The translations under genes were made by a program, and so were the position numbers. Positions 38,825 through 50,976 of a DNA stretch of 64,000 nt are shown here, one piece after another (positions within the stretch are counted from its first letter, which is position 1; each line of letters opens with the position of its first letter). Below the pieces are notes generated by a model. The model made no database searches, was not told the DNA's origin, and saw only the letters and a list, made by a program, of their open reading frames with translations. The DNA comes from an uncultured Actinomycetota bacterium (lineage in GTDB: Bacteria; Actinomycetota; Actinomycetes; Mycobacteriales; Mycobacteriaceae). The stretch is from NCBI GenBank assembly GCA_963770305.1, contig CAVYPB010000024.1, positions 10,543 through 74,542 on the forward strand, written 5' to 3'.

Positions 38825-41800
38825 ATGCTGGCTACCATGAGCGCGACTGACTGGAGCGACGTTGACATGGCCGAGCTGCTGCCTACCGGCACGGTGACGC
38901 TGCTGCTTGCCGACGTCGAGGGCTCCACGCAGTTGTGGGAGACACAACCGGCGGCGATGACGGCCGCGGTCGCGCAGTTAAATCACACCGCTTCGAAGGT
39001 GATCTCCGAACACGGCGGCGTTCGGCCGGTCGAGCAGGGCGAGGGTGACAGTTTCGTAGCGGCCTTTGCACGGGCCAGCGATGCGGTGGCATGCGCGCTG
39101 GATCTACAGCGAGCGCCGTTGGCGCCGATCAAGCTGCGCATCGGCCTGCACACCGGTGAGGTGCAGTTGCGCGACGAAGGCAATTACGCGGGTTCGACGA
39201 TCAACAAGACCGCCCGCCTGCGCGATCTGGCGCACGGCGGACAGACCGTATTGTCCGGTGCCACAGAGGAAATGGTTGAAGACCGGCTGCCCGCGGATGT
39301 GTGGCTGACCCATCTGGGCAGCCACCCGCTGCGGGATCTGCCCCGCCCAATGCGCGTAGTGCAGCTTTGCCATCCCGACGTGCGCAATGACTTCCCTCCC
39401 CTGCGTTCCGCCAATGCCTCCGCAGCGCCGCATCTTCCGACGCAACTCACCACATTTGTAGGCCGCAGCGCGCAAATGGACGACATCCGCGGTCTTTTGG
39501 CCGAGAACCGACTGGTGACGCTGACCGGTGCCGGCGGCGCAGGCAAGACCCGGCTGGCGATCGAAGTTGCGTCCCGAATGACAGGCGATTTCGCAGACGG
39601 CGTCTGGTACGCCGACCTCGCACCAATCACACATCCCGAAGTGGTACCGGTCGCCGTCGCACGTGCGCTGGGCCTGCCCGACCAACCGGGCAGCTCGATC
39701 ACCGAAACCTTGCTAAGGTTCGTCCGCGGCCGCCAAATGCTGCTTGTGCTCGACAACTGCGAACACTTGCTGGAAGCCAGCGCAGGATTGGTGACCGAAA
39801 TGTTAGCGGCGTGCTCGAGGGTGACGGTGCTAGCGACGAGCCGCGAGCCGCTCTTGGTGCCGGGCGAAGTGAACTGGGGAGTGCCGTCCTTGTCGCTGAG
39901 CGACGAGGCCATCGAGTTGTTCAGCGACCGGGCCCGCCGCGCGCGGCCGGACTTCGAGCTGACTGACGACAACGCTGAAGCGGTCACGGAGATCTGTCGC
40001 CGTCTCGACGGGATGCCGCTGGCCATTGAACTGGCGGCTGCACGCGTGCGTGCGCTATCGCTCGACGAAATCGTGGGCAGCCTGCACGACCGGTTCCGCC
40101 TGCTGACGGGTGGCGCTCGAACCGCTGTGCGACGCCAACAGACATTAAGGGCTTCGGTGGACTGGTCGCATGCACTTCTCACCGAACCCGAACGTGTGCT
40201 ATTCCGTCGACTGGCCGTTTTCATGGGTGGATGCGACCTCGACGCAGCACAAGCCGTCGCAGGCACCAGCGAGGTGGAACGCTTCCAGGTGCTCGACCAA
40301 CTCAGCCTGCTCGTCGACAAGTCGCTAGTCGTCGCCGAAAATGCCGACGGTCGAACGCGATACCGCCTTCTGGAAACCGTGCGGCAGTACGCCTTGGAGA
40401 AGCTCGGCGAGTCCGGAGAAGCCGGACACGTGCGTACCCGCCACCGCGACCACTACACCGCGTTGGCGGCGCGGTTGGATTTTTCCGCACGGCTTGACTA
40501 CGAGCACTTGCTCGCACAAGCGGAAAACGAGATCGACAACCTGCGTGCGGCCTTCATCTGGAGTCGCGAAAACGACGACATTACGAAAGCCGTTGAGCTG
40601 GCCTCGTCCTTGATGCCGATCTGGCTCGCGCGCGGGCGCATCGCCGAGGGTCAGGCGTGGCTGGATGCCGCGGGGGCCGAAAGTCAAGTCAGTGAGCCAG
40701 CGATATGGGCCCGGACCATCGCCGATAAGGCCCAATTGGGTTCATGGGTGGATATCTCAGGCATGTGGGAGCCGGTCCAACAAGCATTGGCGATTGCCCG
40801 CGACATCGATGATCCGGCACTACTGACTCGGGCGCTCGCGGCATGCGCCTGCATCACCATGCACGATCCCGATGTGGCCGAGTCGTACTTCACAGAGGCA
40901 ATCGATCTCGCACGAAGCCTGGGAGATTCATGGCAACTGAGCCAAATACTGAATAGGCAAGCAACCGGAGCACTGTTGGTTGGCGACATCGTCACAATGG
41001 AGTCGCGGGCCGTGGAAGGACGTGCCCTGGCGGACGCAATTGGTGACCACTTCAACTCGCGGCAGTGTGGTCTTCTCATCGCGTTGGCCCAGTTGTGCCA
41101 TGGCGAGACAGCGGCTGCGGTGAGTCATTACGCGGATCTCATTGCCGAGGCGAATGACGCCCACGATCTGACGTCCGCGGTGTCCGGGTTGATTCCCGGG
41201 GTGTTTGCACTGGCGTTTCACGGTGACATTGACAGCGCTCGGTCGTCGGCAGCGGAGGCAATTGAGGCCTGCGCCGAACTGGGTTTCCTTGTGCAGAACG
41301 GCTACATAACCGTCGCAACGGCTGAGCTAGCCGCTGGCGATGCCGCGGCGGCTCTAGAGGCAGCGGAGACCGCGCTGAAACACAAAACGAACGCCGCTGT
41401 GGAGAAGCACCTCTTGATATCACCTGCGCAAGCCGCGTTGGCATACGGCGACACTGACCGCGCACGACGCTGGGTAGACGAGGCCGTTGCGGCGACCAAT
41501 GGCATATTCCGCTGTCAGGCACTCGCGGTACGGGCCAGAGTCCATATTGCCGAGGGGCACCACGAAGACGCCGCGACGGATGCGTACGAAGGCCTCGCCA
41601 TCGTCTCGAACATGGCGGCATACCTACATTGCCCGGATCTGCTCGAGATTTTAGCGGAGGTGACCAACGCCGCCGGCGGTCCTCAGCACGTGGTTCGCCT
41701 TCTCGGCGCCGCACAAGCGATGAGAGAGCGGTTCGAGTTGCCCCGCTTCAAGGTGGACGACGCCAGTCACGACAACTTGATGACGGAGCTACGGAACGTT

Positions 41801-42100
41801 TTAGGCGACCAAGCGTTTGACGCAGTGTGGGCCGAGGGAGCTGCGCTGTCGCCCGACGATGCAATCGCGTTCGCCATGCGCGGGCGCGGCGAACGCAAAC
41901 GACCGTCGTCCGGCTGGGGTTCGCTCACACCTACCGAACTCGACGTCGTTCGGCTCGTCGCCGAGGGAATACCCAACAAGGACATCGCCACTCGGCTGTT
42001 CGTCTCACCGCGAACCGTGCAGTCGCATCTCCGCCACGTCTACAACAAGCTCGGCCTGACCTCGCGAGTACAACTCGCTCAGGAGGCCGCCCGCCACTGA
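38825..42100 (+). CDS. Adenylate cyclase-NB-ARC-TPR-LuxR transcriptional regulator (Rv0386/Rv2488c family)
   Basis: [27 protein letters not shown]; Walker A GAGGAGKT; LVLDNCEH; C-terminal Lux[19 protein letters not shown]...SPRTVQSH. Confidence 0.94.
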   Translation: MLATMSATDWSDVDMAELLPTGTVTLLLADVEGSTQLWETQPAAMTAAVAQLNHTASKVISEHGGVRPVEQGEGDSFVAAFARASDAVACALDLQRAPLAPIKLRIGLHTGEVQLRDEGNYAGSTINKTARLRDLAHGGQTVLSGATEEMVEDRLPADVWLTHLGSHPLRDLPRPMRVVQLCHPDVRNDFPPLRSANASAAPHLPTQLTTFVGRSAQMDDIRGLLAENRLVTLTGAGGAGKTRLAIEVASRMTGDFADGVWYADLAPITHPEVVPVAVARALGLPDQPGSSITETLLRFVRGRQMLLVLDNCEHLLEASAGLVTEMLAACSRVTVLATSREPLLVPGEVNWGVPSLSLSDEAIELFSDRARRARPDFELTDDNAEAVTEICRRLDGMPLAIELAAARVRALSLDEIVGSLHDRFRLLTGGARTAVRRQQTLRASVDWSHALLTEPERVLFRRLAVFMGGCDLDAAQAVAGTSEVERFQVLDQLSLLVDKSLVVAENADGRTRYRLLETVRQYALEKLGESGEAGHVRTRHRDHYTALAARLDFSARLDYEHLLAQAENEIDNLRAAFIWSRENDDITKAVELASSLMPIWLARGRIAEGQAWLDAAGAESQVSEPAIWARTIADKAQLGSWVDISGMWEPVQQALAIARDIDDPALLTRALAACACITMHDPDVAESYFTEAIDLARSLGDSWQLSQILNRQATGALLVGDIVTMESRAVEGRALADAIGDHFNSRQCGLLIALAQLCHGETAAAVSHYADLIAEANDAHDLTSAVSGLIPGVFALAFHGDIDSARSSAAEAIEACAELGFLVQNGYITVATAELAAGDAAAALEAAETALKHKTNAAVEKHLLISPAQAALAYGDTDRARRWVDEAVAATNGIFRCQALAVRARVHIAEGHHEDAATDAYEGLAIVSNMAAYLHCPDLLEILAEVTNAAGGPQHVVRLLGAAQAMRERFELPRFKVDDASHDNLMTELRNVLGDQAFDAVWAEGAALSPDDAIAFAMRGRGERKRPSSGWGSLTPTELDVVRLVAEGIPNKDIATRLFVSPRTVQSHLRHVYNKLGLTSRVQLAQEAARH

Positions 42101-42112
42101 CGCGCGAACTGA

Positions 42113-42739
42113 TCAGTGGGCGTGCGTATGGCGTCGGCCGAACACGCCGGCCCACGGGCGGTGCTGGCCCTCACCGGTCGGCTGGATCTCCGTGACCTCC
42201 TCCGACGGCGCCGGTTGCGGCTGCGCCGTGGCAGCGACGGGGCGTTGCATGTAAGCGAGATCACGCGCAGTCCGCACCGACAGCCGTCCCAGTGCGACGG
42301 CGCCAAGGAAGATGATCAGCGAGCCGAGTCCGGAGAAGTAGGCCAGCTCCAGGACCGTCCGCTTGTCGTCGGTGACCGCCACCGGAGCACCTACATCACC
42401 GATGCCCAACGGGCCGGCCAGCGCGCGGCCAACGACGAACCACGCGCCGGCGAGCACCGTCAGCCAGCCACCGAGCATCGCGGTCGCACGATTGCGCGAG
42501 GCGAGCAGCAGCAGACCGCCGATCACCGTGGCGGCGCCGGGAAGCACCTCGAGCCACCCTCGTGCGGTGGTCCAGGTCCATTCCTGGTCGGGGGTGAAGG
42601 CAAAGTCGAAGTACGGTCCGGCGAACGGAATGAGCGCACCCCAGGCGCCCAGCAGAATCAGTAGGAAACCACTTGCCGCACCGCGGCTGCGCGGCATCTG
42701 CAGCCTGCCGCCGCGCGCGTGAACACGCGTGTCACTCAT
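42113..42739 (-). CDS. Conserved actinobacterial membrane protein
   Basis: AAGGAGG RBS before MSDTR; four TM segments; 'LLGAWGALIPFAGPYF'. Confidence 0.78.
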   Translation of the reverse strand: MSDTRVHARGGRLQMPRSRGAASGFLLILLGAWGALIPFAGPYFDFAFTPDQEWTWTTARGWLEVLPGAATVIGGLLLLASRNRATAMLGGWLTVLAGAWFVVGRALAGPLGIGDVGAPVAVTDDKRTVLELAYFSGLGSLIIFLGAVALGRLSVRTARDLAYMQRPVAATAQPQPAPSEEVTEIQPTGEGQHRPWAGVFGRRHTHAH

Positions 42740-42870
42740 GTTGCCTCCTTGTCGACGGTCGCATACCCGATCTCGCTGCGGCATAACCCGATCCAACGAC
42801 AGCGGTCCCGGCCATCCGGTGACGGCCGTCACACCGTTCACAGCGAACTCTCAGCCGGCAACGGAATAAA

Positions 42871-42885
42871 GTTAGCTTTACTAAC
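42871..42885. promoter_or_regulatory. Short inverted repeat upstream of car
   Basis: GTTAG-CTTTA-CTAAC in an AT-rich patch of the divergent intergenic region. Confidence 0.4.
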
Positions 42886-42945
42886 GTAGTTTCGTCTAGG
42901 TGCAGCGTGGCGCCCAAGCTCCCAGCGATTTGCCGAGGATTACTG

Positions 42946-45900
42946 ATGCCGACTGATACCCGTGAAGAGCGGCTCGTCCGCCGCATCTCCGACTTGTACG
43001 CCACAGACCAGCAGTTCGCGGACGCCCGACCGACGGAGGCCGTTGCGCACGCGATCGAAGCCCCAGAGCTGAGCCTGCCGCAGGTCGTCCAGACCGTCAT
43101 CGACGGCTATGCCGATCGGCCTGCGCTCGGGCAGCGCGCCGTTGAGTTCGTGACCGACCCGTCGACGGGCCGGACATCCGCGGAGCTGCTCCCCCATTTC
43201 GACACCGTCACCTACCGCGAGCTATCGGACAGGGTCAACGCCGCCGCCGCCGCGTTGACGCAGAATCCGGTGCAGCCCGGCGACCGCGTCGCCATTCTCG
43301 GATTCACCAGCATCGACTACACGACCGTCGACATGGCAGTGCTTCGTATGGGGGCGGTATCCGTACCCCTTCAGACCAGCGCGCCGGTCGCCCAGTTGCG
43401 GCCCATCGCCGCCGAGACCGAGCCGGTCGCCATCGCATCGAGCATCGACTTCCTCGACGACGCCGTCGAATTGATGCTGACCGGACACTTCCCCGAGCGG
43501 CTGGTCGTGTTCGACTACCACGGCGAGGTGGACGACCACCGCGACGCCCTCGCAGCAGCAATCGCGCGGCTCGCCGAAACTCCAGTCGTTGTCGAGACTT
43601 TGGCCGAGGTGCTGGCTCGCGGGAGCGCGCTGCCGGTTCCGCCTGCGTTCGACTCCGGCGACGACACCGCTCTGGCCGTATTGATCTACACCTCGGGCAG
43701 CACCGGCACGCCCAAAGGCGCGATGTATACGAGGCCTATGGTTGCCAACTCGTGGCGCAAGTCAAGCACGGCGATGTGGGGCAATGGGGGTGCCACCCCA
43801 TCGATCACGTTGAACTTCATGCCGATGAGCCACATGATGGGGCGTGGCATCATGTATGCCACACTCGGGGCTGGAGGCACAGCGTATTTCGTTGCCAGAA
43901 GCGATCTTTCGACCTTCCTCGACGACCTGGCATTGGTGCGGCCGACTCAGTTGAGTTTCGTGCCGCGCATCTGGGACATGGTGTTCCAGGAGTTCCAGAG
44001 CGAAGTCGACCGCCGCTCAGCGGGCGCCGACGATCGATGGGCCGTCGAAACCGATGTGCTCGCCGATATGCGTCAGAACCTCCTCGGCGGACGGTTTATC
44101 TCGGCGATGACAGGGTCCGCGCCTATCTCGTCAGAAATGAAGACGTTCGTCGAGTCGCTGCTCGACCTCCACCTGACCGACGGATACGGCTCCACCGAGG
44201 CCGGCATGGTGTTCGTTGACGGCCAGGTGCAACGTCCGCCGGTGATCGACTACAAGCTCGTCGACGTTCCCGACCTCGGCTACTTCAGCACCGACCGGCC
44301 CCATCCCAGGGGTGAGCTCCTAGTCAAGTCCGAGACCATATTTCCCGGCTACTACAAGCGGCCGGAAGTCACCGCCGATGTGTTCGACGTCGACGGCTAT
44401 TACCGCACCGGTGACGTCGTGGCCGACGTGGGACCGGACCAGGTCGTATATCTCGACCGTCGGAACAACGTGCTCAAGCTCTCGCAAGGCGAGTTCGTCA
44501 CCGTCGCCAAGCTGGAAGCGGTGTTCGGTGACAGCCCACTGGTCCGGCAGATCTTCGTCTACGGCAACAGCGCCCGCTCGTACGTGTTGGCCGTCGTCGT
44601 GCCGACCAAAGATGCACTGGCCCGGCACGACGTGGGGGCGTTGAAGCCGCTGATCACCGAGTCGCTGCAGGACGTCGCCAGGGCCGCAGACCTGCAGTCG
44701 TACGAGATTCCCCGCGATTTCATCATCGAGACAACGCCTTTCACCCTCGAGAACGGTCTGCTCACCGGCATCCGCAAGGTCGCACGGCCGAAGCTCAAGG
44801 AGTACTACGGCGAGCGCCTCGAACAGCTCTACACCGACCTGGCCGACATCCAGGCCGACGAGCTACGAGAGCTGCGCCTCCACGGCGCCGACCGGCCGGT
44901 GCTGGAGACCATCAGCCGGGCTGCGGGAGCGCTACTGGGCGCGGCGGCAACCGATCTGCAGGCCGACGCGCACTTCACCGATCTGGGCGGGGATTCCCTG
45001 TCCGCGTTGACATTCGCCAACCTGCTGCACGAGATCTTCGACATCGACGTGCCCGTCGGCGTCATCGTCAGCCCGGTCAGCGACCTGGCGTCGCTGGCCG
45101 CCTACATCGAGGCGGAGCGGCAACCCGGCTCCAAGAGGCCCACGTTCGCGTCGGTGCACGGCCGTGACGCCACCGAGGTGCACGCCAGCGACTTGACGCT
45201 GGACAAGTTCATCGACGCGAAGACTCTTGCCGCGGCTCCGTCGCTGCCGGGGCCGAGTGCAGAGGTGCGCACGGTGCTGCTGACCGGCGCGACGGGATTC
45301 CTCGGCCGCTACTTGGCCCTGGAATGGCTGGAGCGGATGGACCTCGTCGACGGCAAGCTGATCTGCCTGGTGCGCGCCAAGGACGACGCCGCCGCCCGCG
45401 AACGGCTGGACGCCACCTTCGACAGCGGTGACGCCGAATTGTTGCGTCATTACCAGGAACTGGCCGCCGACCACCTCGAGGTCATCGCAGGCGACAAGGG
45501 CGAGGCCGACCTCGGACTGGATCCGCAGACCTGGCAGCGGCTGGCCGACACCGTCGACCTGATCGTCGACCCGGCCGCGTTGGTCAACCACGTCCTGCCC
45601 TACAGCCAGCTGTTCGGACCCAACGCCCTCGGCACCGCCGAGCTGATCCGCATCGCGCTCACCACCAAGCAGAAGCCGTTCGTCTACGTGTCGACGATCG
45701 GTGTGGGAGCCGGCATGGACCTGTCGAAGTTCGTCGAGGACGCCGACGTTCGGGTGATCAGCGAGACCCGTCAGGTCGATGATAGCTATGCCAACGGCTA
45801 CGGAAACAGCAAGTGGGCAGGCGAAGTGCTGCTGCGCGAGGCACACGATCTTTGCGGCCTACCCGTCTCGGTGTTCCGCTGCGACATGATCCTGGCCGAT

Positions 45901-46458
45901 ACCACCTACGCGGGCCAGCTCAATGTGCCGGACATGTTCACCCGGCTGATGCTGAGCCTGGTCGCAACCGGAATCGCACCCGGATCGTTCTACGAGCTCG
46001 ACGCCGACGGCAATCGGCAACGATCCCACTACGACGGGTTGCCCGTCGAGTTCATCGCCGAAGCGATCTCCACACTGGGCACACAGGTGGTCGACGGGTT
46101 CGAGACCTACCACGTGATGAACCCTTACGACGACGGCATCGGGCTCGACGAGTACGTCGATTGGCTCATCGAAGCGGGATACCCAGTCGCGCGCGTCGGC
46201 GCTTACGACGCGTGGTTGCAACGGTTCGACACGACGCTGCGCGCTCTGCCGGACCGACAGCGCCAGGCATCGCTGCTCCCGCTGATTCACAACTACCAGC
46301 GGCCGGAGACACCGATTCTCGGGTCGATCGCCCCGACGGACCGCTTTCGGTCGGCGGTGCAGGACGCGAAAATCGGTCCGGACAAAGATATTCCGCATGT
46401 GACGCCGGCGGTGATCGTCAAGTACATCACCGACCTGCAGCTGCTCGGATTGCTCTGA
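42946..46458 (+). CDS. car: Carboxylic acid reductase (A-T-R domains)
   Basis: [11 protein letters not shown], phosphopantetheine site [21 protein letters not shown]; syntenic with fadD9/Rv2590. Confidence 0.96.
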   Translation: MPTDTREERLVRRISDLYATDQQFADARPTEAVAHAIEAPELSLPQVVQTVIDGYADRPALGQRAVEFVTDPSTGRTSAELLPHFDTVTYRELSDRVNAAAAALTQNPVQPGDRVAILGFTSIDYTTVDMAVLRMGAVSVPLQTSAPVAQLRPIAAETEPVAIASSIDFLDDAVELMLTGHFPERLVVFDYHGEVDDHRDALAAAIARLAETPVVVETLAEVLARGSALPVPPAFDSGDDTALAVLIYTSGSTGTPKGAMYTRPMVANSWRKSSTAMWGNGGATPSITLNFMPMSHMMGRGIMYATLGAGGTAYFVARSDLSTFLDDLALVRPTQLSFVPRIWDMVFQEFQSEVDRRSAGADDRWAVETDVLADMRQNLLGGRFISAMTGSAPISSEMKTFVESLLDLHLTDGYGSTEAGMVFVDGQVQRPPVIDYKLVDVPDLGYFSTDRPHPRGELLVKSETIFPGYYKRPEVTADVFDVDGYYRTGDVVADVGPDQVVYLDRRNNVLKLSQGEFVTVAKLEAVFGDSPLVRQIFVYGNSARSYVLAVVVPTKDALARHDVGALKPLITESLQDVARAADLQSYEIPRDFIIETTPFTLENGLLTGIRKVARPKLKEYYGERLEQLYTDLADIQADELRELRLHGADRPVLETISRAAGALLGAAATDLQADAHFTDLGGDSLSALTFANLLHEIFDIDVPVGVIVSPVSDLASLAAYIEAERQPGSKRPTFASVHGRDATEVHASDLTLDKFIDAKTLAAAPSLPGPSAEVRTVLLTGATGFLGRYLALEWLERMDLVDGKLICLVRAKDDAAARERLDATFDSGDAELLRHYQELAADHLEVIAGDKGEADLGLDPQTWQRLADTVDLIVDPAALVNHVLPYSQLFGPNALGTAELIRIALTTKQKPFVYVSTIGVGAGMDLSKFVEDADVRVISETRQVDDSYANGYGNSKWAGEVLLREAHDLCGLPVSVFRCDMILADTTYAGQLNVPDMFTRLMLSLVATGIAPGSFYELDADGNRQRSHYDGLPVEFIAEAISTLGTQVVDGFETYHVMNPYDDGIGLDEYVDWLIEAGYPVARVGAYDAWLQRFDTTLRALPDRQRQASLLPLIHNYQRPETPILGSIAPTDRFRSAVQDAKIGPDKDIPHVTPAVIVKYITDLQLLGLL

Positions 46459-46466
46459 CGCCGACT

Positions 46467-46513
46467 GTGCGGTTTCGTACGTGACACGCCGGTGTTAGCG
46501 CACGAAACCGCAC
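46467..46513. terminator. REP/terminator-like hairpin after car
   Basis: Perfect 12-bp arms GTGCGGTTTCGT and ACGAAACCGCAC. Confidence 0.7.
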
Positions 46514-46552
46514 TCTGGCTATAGTGGGGCGTACAACCCAATTGCAGCAGGG

Positions 46553-47365
46553 ATGGAGACGCGGATGCATGTGGAGAGCTTGCACCGCTACCCGGTGAAG
46601 TCGATGCTCGGCGAGACCCTGACGGAGCTGTTCGTCGACGATCGAGGAGCCGAAGGCGACCGGCGGTTCGCGCTGATCGACGAGGCCACGGGGCGGATAG
46701 CTAGTGCCAAGCAGGCCCGCCTGTGGCGTGCGCTCCTGAAATGCAGCGCCAGCAGGGTCGACGGGGAGGTGCGCATCCGATTGCCCGAGGGCACCACTGT
46801 GGCGACCGACGAGCACGGTGTCGACGAAGTGCTCTCCCGGTTACTGGCAAGACCGGTCCGCCTGATCGACCATCGGCCGGAAGGAGCCTCCGTCGAACGC
46901 GCGGATCCCGAGCAAGTGCTCGAACTCGGCACCGACGCCGAGGTCGATGCTCCCATCTTGGAAATCGGTCAAGCGACACCCGGCGATTCGTTCACCGATC
47001 TCGCGCCTCTGCACGCGATCACTACGGCCACCCTAGAGCGCATTGGTGTGGAGGCCCTGCGCTATCGCCCCAACCTCGTGATCACGACTCCCGCTGGTTA
47101 TCCGGCGTATGCGGAAAACGACTGGGCAGGGCGCACATTGACGGTGGGAAAAACCCGGCTGCGCACGTTGGGCGCCACGCCGCGATGCGTGATACCCACA
47201 CTCGAACACGGCCCACTACCGCGAGCGCCGCATGCCCTCCGCACCCCAGCGGCCGAAAACCTGGTCGAGGCATTGGGTTTGGGTGTTTTGCCCTGCGCCG
47301 GGGCATACCTCGAGGTCCTCGAGGGTGGCATCATCCACGCCGGCGATCCCGTCCATTTAAGCTAG
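46553..47365 (+). CDS. MOSC domain-containing protein
   Basis: LHRYPVKSM, GDRRFAL, RYRPNLV, TPRCVIP. Confidence 0.9.
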   Translation: METRMHVESLHRYPVKSMLGETLTELFVDDRGAEGDRRFALIDEATGRIASAKQARLWRALLKCSASRVDGEVRIRLPEGTTVATDEHGVDEVLSRLLARPVRLIDHRPEGASVERADPEQVLELGTDAEVDAPILEIGQATPGDSFTDLAPLHAITTATLERIGVEALRYRPNLVITTPAGYPAYAENDWAGRTLTVGKTRLRTLGATPRCVIPTLEHGPLPRAPHALRTPAAENLVEALGLGVLPCAGAYLEVLEGGIIHAGDPVHLS

Positions 47366-48276
47366 CCCTCCCGCACCCGGTCGACGATCCCGATGATGTT
47401 GTCGGCCACGAACTTCGGCTGATACAGCATCATGTTGTGACCGCTGCCGTTGGACACCACGTTGGTGGTACCCAACGCGGCGGCCAACTTGTCGTTCGCC
47501 TGGTGGATCTGCGCCAGCGTGTAGTTCTCCGGCGTCAGCACCTCTGGCGACGCGAACTTGTCAGAGCTGAGCACGATAGCGGGAACGTGCGGCAAAGGGG
47601 GCGCATCCCGGATCAGGGCGATCGCGTCGGCGACCAGCACAGTCTCATCCCCGGGCTCGGGCGGCGTCATGCTGTCGCGCTCCCACGCCGCGTTCTGCGC
47701 GGGACTACCCACCGTCTCCAAGAATTCCGACACGGGATCGACCATCACTAAGCCCGCCACCAGATCCGGGCGCGTCCGTGCGAGGAGATCGGCAATCAGA
47801 CCGCCGTAGGAGTGGGCCGCGAAGACGAATGGCCCCGGCAACTGCGCGGCGCCAAGCAGCGCGACCACGTCGTCGACGTCCTGCTGCACGTTATGTGGTT
47901 GCGGCACCTCAGTGGACCGGTCCGAACCGTCGGGCCGGGTGTTGGGCCGGTCGTAGGCACACACCTGTGTGGTCTTGGCGATCGTCGGCTGCGCCGCGTC
48001 GGGGCTGGGGCGGAGCTTCGCCTGCGTGATTATGTCGTATGGCGAGGTTCGGATCGGGTCATCCGGTGGGACAACGACATTCCACGCCTTGGCGTAGCTG
48101 CCCTTGCCGGGAATGATGAACACCGTCGGCGCGCCTGCACCCTGACAGTCCAGAAACAACTTTCGGCCGTCGCCGACGTCGAACAGCCCGGTCGGCCCGG
48201 GATCGGCCGCACTGCGCGCGCACCCACCCGCCGTCACGACGAGAAGAGCAAGCAGTACGCAAAGCGGTCGCCTCAC
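47362..48276 (-). CDS. Alpha/beta hydrolase, putative lipoprotein
   Basis: Signal with TAGGC; YDRPN; nucleophile AHSYGG; GSGHNM. Confidence 0.85.
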   Translation of the reverse strand: MRRPLCVLLALLVVTAGGCARSAADPGPTGLFDVGDGRKLFLDCQGAGAPTVFIIPGKGSYAKAWNVVVPPDDPIRTSPYDIITQAKLRPSPDAAQPTIAKTTQVCAYDRPNTRPDGSDRSTEVPQPHNVQQDVDDVVALLGAAQLPGPFVFAAHSYGGLIADLLARTRPDLVAGLVMVDPVSEFLETVGSPAQNAAWERDSMTPPEPGDETVLVADAIALIRDAPPLPHVPAIVLSSDKFASPEVLTPENYTLAQIHQANDKLAAALGTTNVVSNGSGHNMMLYQPKFVADNIIGIVDRVREG

Positions 48277-48285
48277 AAGGCGACG

Positions 48286-48672
48286 CTACATCGTCAGGCC
48301 CACCACCATGAGCACGATCGCAATCAGGGGGAAGATTCCCTGCGTGATGGCCGCGCGCGCCTTGTCGGGTGATGACACGAGCAGCACCACCGCCGCGGCG
48401 AGCATTGACCCGGTGCCGGCGAAGATGAGCGCGCACGCCGCGTCGTGATAACCAACTCCACCGATCACGATGCCAACCACCGTGACGATGGCCAGGAACA
48501 GGTTGTAGAACCCCTGGTTGAACGCCAGCTCCTTGGTGGCCTGCGCCTCCTCCTCGGTGATACCGAACGTCGCGCGGGTCCTGGCGGACGTCCACGTGAG
48601 CGACTCCATCACAAAGATGTAAACGTGCAGCAGCGCCGCGAGACCCGCGAAAATCAAACCGGCATAAACCAT
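48286..48672 (-). CDS. DUF1304 family membrane protein
   Basis: ALLHVYIFVMES, AFNQGFYNLFLA. Confidence 0.85.
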   Translation of the reverse strand: MVYAGLIFAGLAALLHVYIFVMESLTWTSARTRATFGITEEEAQATKELAFNQGFYNLFLAIVTVVGIVIGGVGYHDAACALIFAGTGSMLAAAVVLLVSSPDKARAAITQGIFPLIAIVLMVVGLTM

Positions 48673-48689
48673 TACGCACACGCTCCCCA

Positions 48690-49760
48690 CTAGTCGAACA
48701 GTCCGGCCTGGCCCATTCCACTGACTCCGCTGGGCGGCGTCATGCCCAGATGCGTCCACGCTAACCCCGTTGCCACACGACCCCTGGGCGTTCTGGCAAT
48801 CATCCCGGCGCGCACCAGGAACGGCTCGCACACTTCTTCGACCGTGGCCGCTTCCTCCCCCACCGCGACGGCCAGCGTGGACACCCCGACGGGGCCGCCG
48901 CCGAAACTGCGGGTGAGCGCCGACAACACGGCCCGGTCCAGCCGGTCCAGGCCGAGCTCGTCGACGTCGTAGACCTCCAGCGCGGACTTGGCGATGTCGC
49001 GGGTGATCACCCCGTCAGCGCGGACCTCCGCGTAGTCGCGGACCCGGCGCAGCAGCCGGTTGGCGATGCGTGGCGTGCCGCGCGAGCGTCGCGCGATCTC
49101 GGCGCCGGCGTCGGCGCCCACCTCGATGCCGAGAATGCCCGCCGACCGAGCCAGCACCCGCTCCAACTCTGCTGGCTCATAGAAGTCCATATGGGCGGTG
49201 AACCCGAATCGGTCACGCAGCGGCCCGGTCAGCGCACCCGATCGGGTGGTCGCCCCGACCAAGGTGAACGGCGCGACCTCGAGCGGAATCGACGTGGCGC
49301 CAGGGCCTTTCCCGACGACGACGTCGACGCGGAAGTCCTCCATCGCCAGGTACAGCATCTCCTCGGCAGGCCGCGCGATGCGATGGATCTCGTCGATGAA
49401 CAACACGTCGTGCTCGACGAGGTTGGACAGCATCGCGGCCAGGTCGCCTGCACGCTCGAGGGCGGGACCGGACGTGACCCGCAGCGACGTGCCGAGTTCG
49501 GCGGCGATGATCATCGCCAACGACGTCTTGCCCAGTCCGGGCGGACCGGACAGCAGGATGTGATCCGGTGTGCCGCCGCGGTTCTTGGCGCCCTCGAGGA
49601 CCAACTGCAGCTGTTCGCGCACCCGCGGCTGACCGATGAACTCGCGCAACGACCGCGGCCGCAGGCTGGCGTCGATGTCGCCTTCTCCGACGGTCAGGGC
49701 GGCAGAAACCTCCCGATCGGAAGTATCCTCAGGCTCCTGGTCGTCTTCGAAGCGACTCAA
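48690..49760 (-). CDS. ruvB: Holliday junction branch migration helicase RuvB
   Basis: [34 protein letters not shown]. Confidence 0.98.
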   Translation of the reverse strand: MSRFEDDQEPEDTSDREVSAALTVGEGDIDASLRPRSLREFIGQPRVREQLQLVLEGAKNRGGTPDHILLSGPPGLGKTSLAMIIAAELGTSLRVTSGPALERAGDLAAMLSNLVEHDVLFIDEIHRIARPAEEMLYLAMEDFRVDVVVGKGPGATSIPLEVAPFTLVGATTRSGALTGPLRDRFGFTAHMDFYEPAELERVLARSAGILGIEVGADAGAEIARRSRGTPRIANRLLRRVRDYAEVRADGVITRDIAKSALEVYDVDELGLDRLDRAVLSALTRSFGGGPVGVSTLAVAVGEEAATVEEVCEPFLVRAGMIARTPRGRVATGLAWTHLGMTPPSGVSGMGQAGLFD

Positions 49761-50347
49761 TTCTTACCCAACATCGACAGTGCCGCGCGCAGCGCGCTGG
49801 ACGTGGTCGCCTGGGGCTCGTTGGCCAGCACCTTGTCGGTGGCCTCCTCGGCCTGCTTGATCGCAAAGCCAAGTCCGACAAGCGCTTCGACGACGGGCCC
49901 GCGTACCGAGTGGCCATTCAAGGTGACGGCGCCCGAAGCCGTCGCGACCGGCCCGATCTTGTCGCGCAATTCGAGCACCAACCGCTCGGCACCGCGCTTG
50001 CCGATGCCGGGCACCCTGGTCAGCGCGGTGACATCCCCGTCGGCCAAGGCCAGCCGCAGCGAAGGAGCGTCGTATACGGCCAGCGTGGCCAGCGCGATCT
50101 TCGGCCCGACGCCGGAGACACTGAGCAACGTTAGGAACAGGTCGCGGGCATCGGCGTCGGCGAAGCCGTACAGCGTCATCGAATCCTCGCGCACGATCAT
50201 TGCGGTGATCAGGCGGGTTTCGCTACCCCGGCGCAGCGTCGCCAGCGTGGACGGTGTCGCCATCACCTTGTAGCCGACGCCCGCGGCCTCGATGACGACG
50301 TGGTCGAGCGCGATCTCGAGGACCTCGCCGTGAACGGATGCGATCAT
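49757..50347 (-). CDS. ruvA: Holliday junction DNA-binding protein RuvA
   Basis: MIASVHG, LYGF, VSGVGPK, VPGIGKR; overlaps ruvC and ruvB. Confidence 0.97.
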   Translation of the reverse strand: MIASVHGEVLEIALDHVVIEAAGVGYKVMATPSTLATLRRGSETRLITAMIVREDSMTLYGFADADARDLFLTLLSVSGVGPKIALATLAVYDAPSLRLALADGDVTALTRVPGIGKRGAERLVLELRDKIGPVATASGAVTLNGHSVRGPVVEALVGLGFAIKQAEEATDKVLANEPQATTSSALRAALSMLGKN

Positions 50348-50898
50348 CTCGCCGCCTTCAATTTCGCTTGATACTTGCGACGCTGTTCTGCGGCCAGCGC
50401 CTCCGCCCGCGCCATGCGCGCGATCATGGGCGCGCGCCAGCAGTGACATATCGCGAGCGCCAACGCGTCGGCGGCGTCGGCGGGAGTCGGTTTCGTTTGC
50501 AGCGCAAGGATTCTGGTGACCATCGCGGTGACCTGAGCCTTGTCCGCGTTGCCGTTACCGGTGACGGCGGCCTTGACCTCGCTTGGCGTGTGGAAGTGCA
50601 CGTCGATGCCGCGTCTGGCGGCCGCAACTGCGATGACCCCGCCGGCCTGTGCGGTACCCATCACCGTCGACACATTCTGCTGCGCGAACACCCGCTCGAT
50701 GGCGACCACGTCGGGGCGGTGGGTGTCCATCCAATGCTCGACGGTGTCGCTGATGGTGAGCAGCCGGCACGGCAGCGGCTCATCGGACGGCGTGCGGACC
50801 ACGTCGACATCCAGGGCGATCACCTTCCGGCCCTGGCCGCCCTCGATGACTGACAGGCCGCAGCGGGTCAGCCCGGGGTCGACTCCCATTACCCGCAC
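50344..50898 (-). CDS. ruvC: Crossover junction endodeoxyribonuclease RuvC
   Basis: MGVDPG, IERVF, ADKAQV, DAADALA. Confidence 0.97.
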   Translation of the reverse strand: MRVMGVDPGLTRCGLSVIEGGQGRKVIALDVDVVRTPSDEPLPCRLLTISDTVEHWMDTHRPDVVAIERVFAQQNVSTVMGTAQAGGVIAVAAARRGIDVHFHTPSEVKAAVTGNGNADKAQVTAMVTRILALQTKPTPADAADALALAICHCWRAPMIARMARAEALAAEQRRKYQAKLKAAR

Positions 50899-50911
50899 GT
50901 CAGCCCCTTCT

Positions 50912-50927
50912 GTGAACACCTGTTCGA
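50912..50927. promoter_or_regulatory. LexA (SOS) box upstream of ruvCAB
   Basis: Minus strand TCGAAC-AGGT-GTTCAC, two mismatches to consensus, 13 bp before the ruvC start. Confidence 0.75.
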
Positions 50928-50976
50928 GAGCTTAACGGCCGGGGCGGACAGCGCCGCGCACGACACGCGGCGTCGA

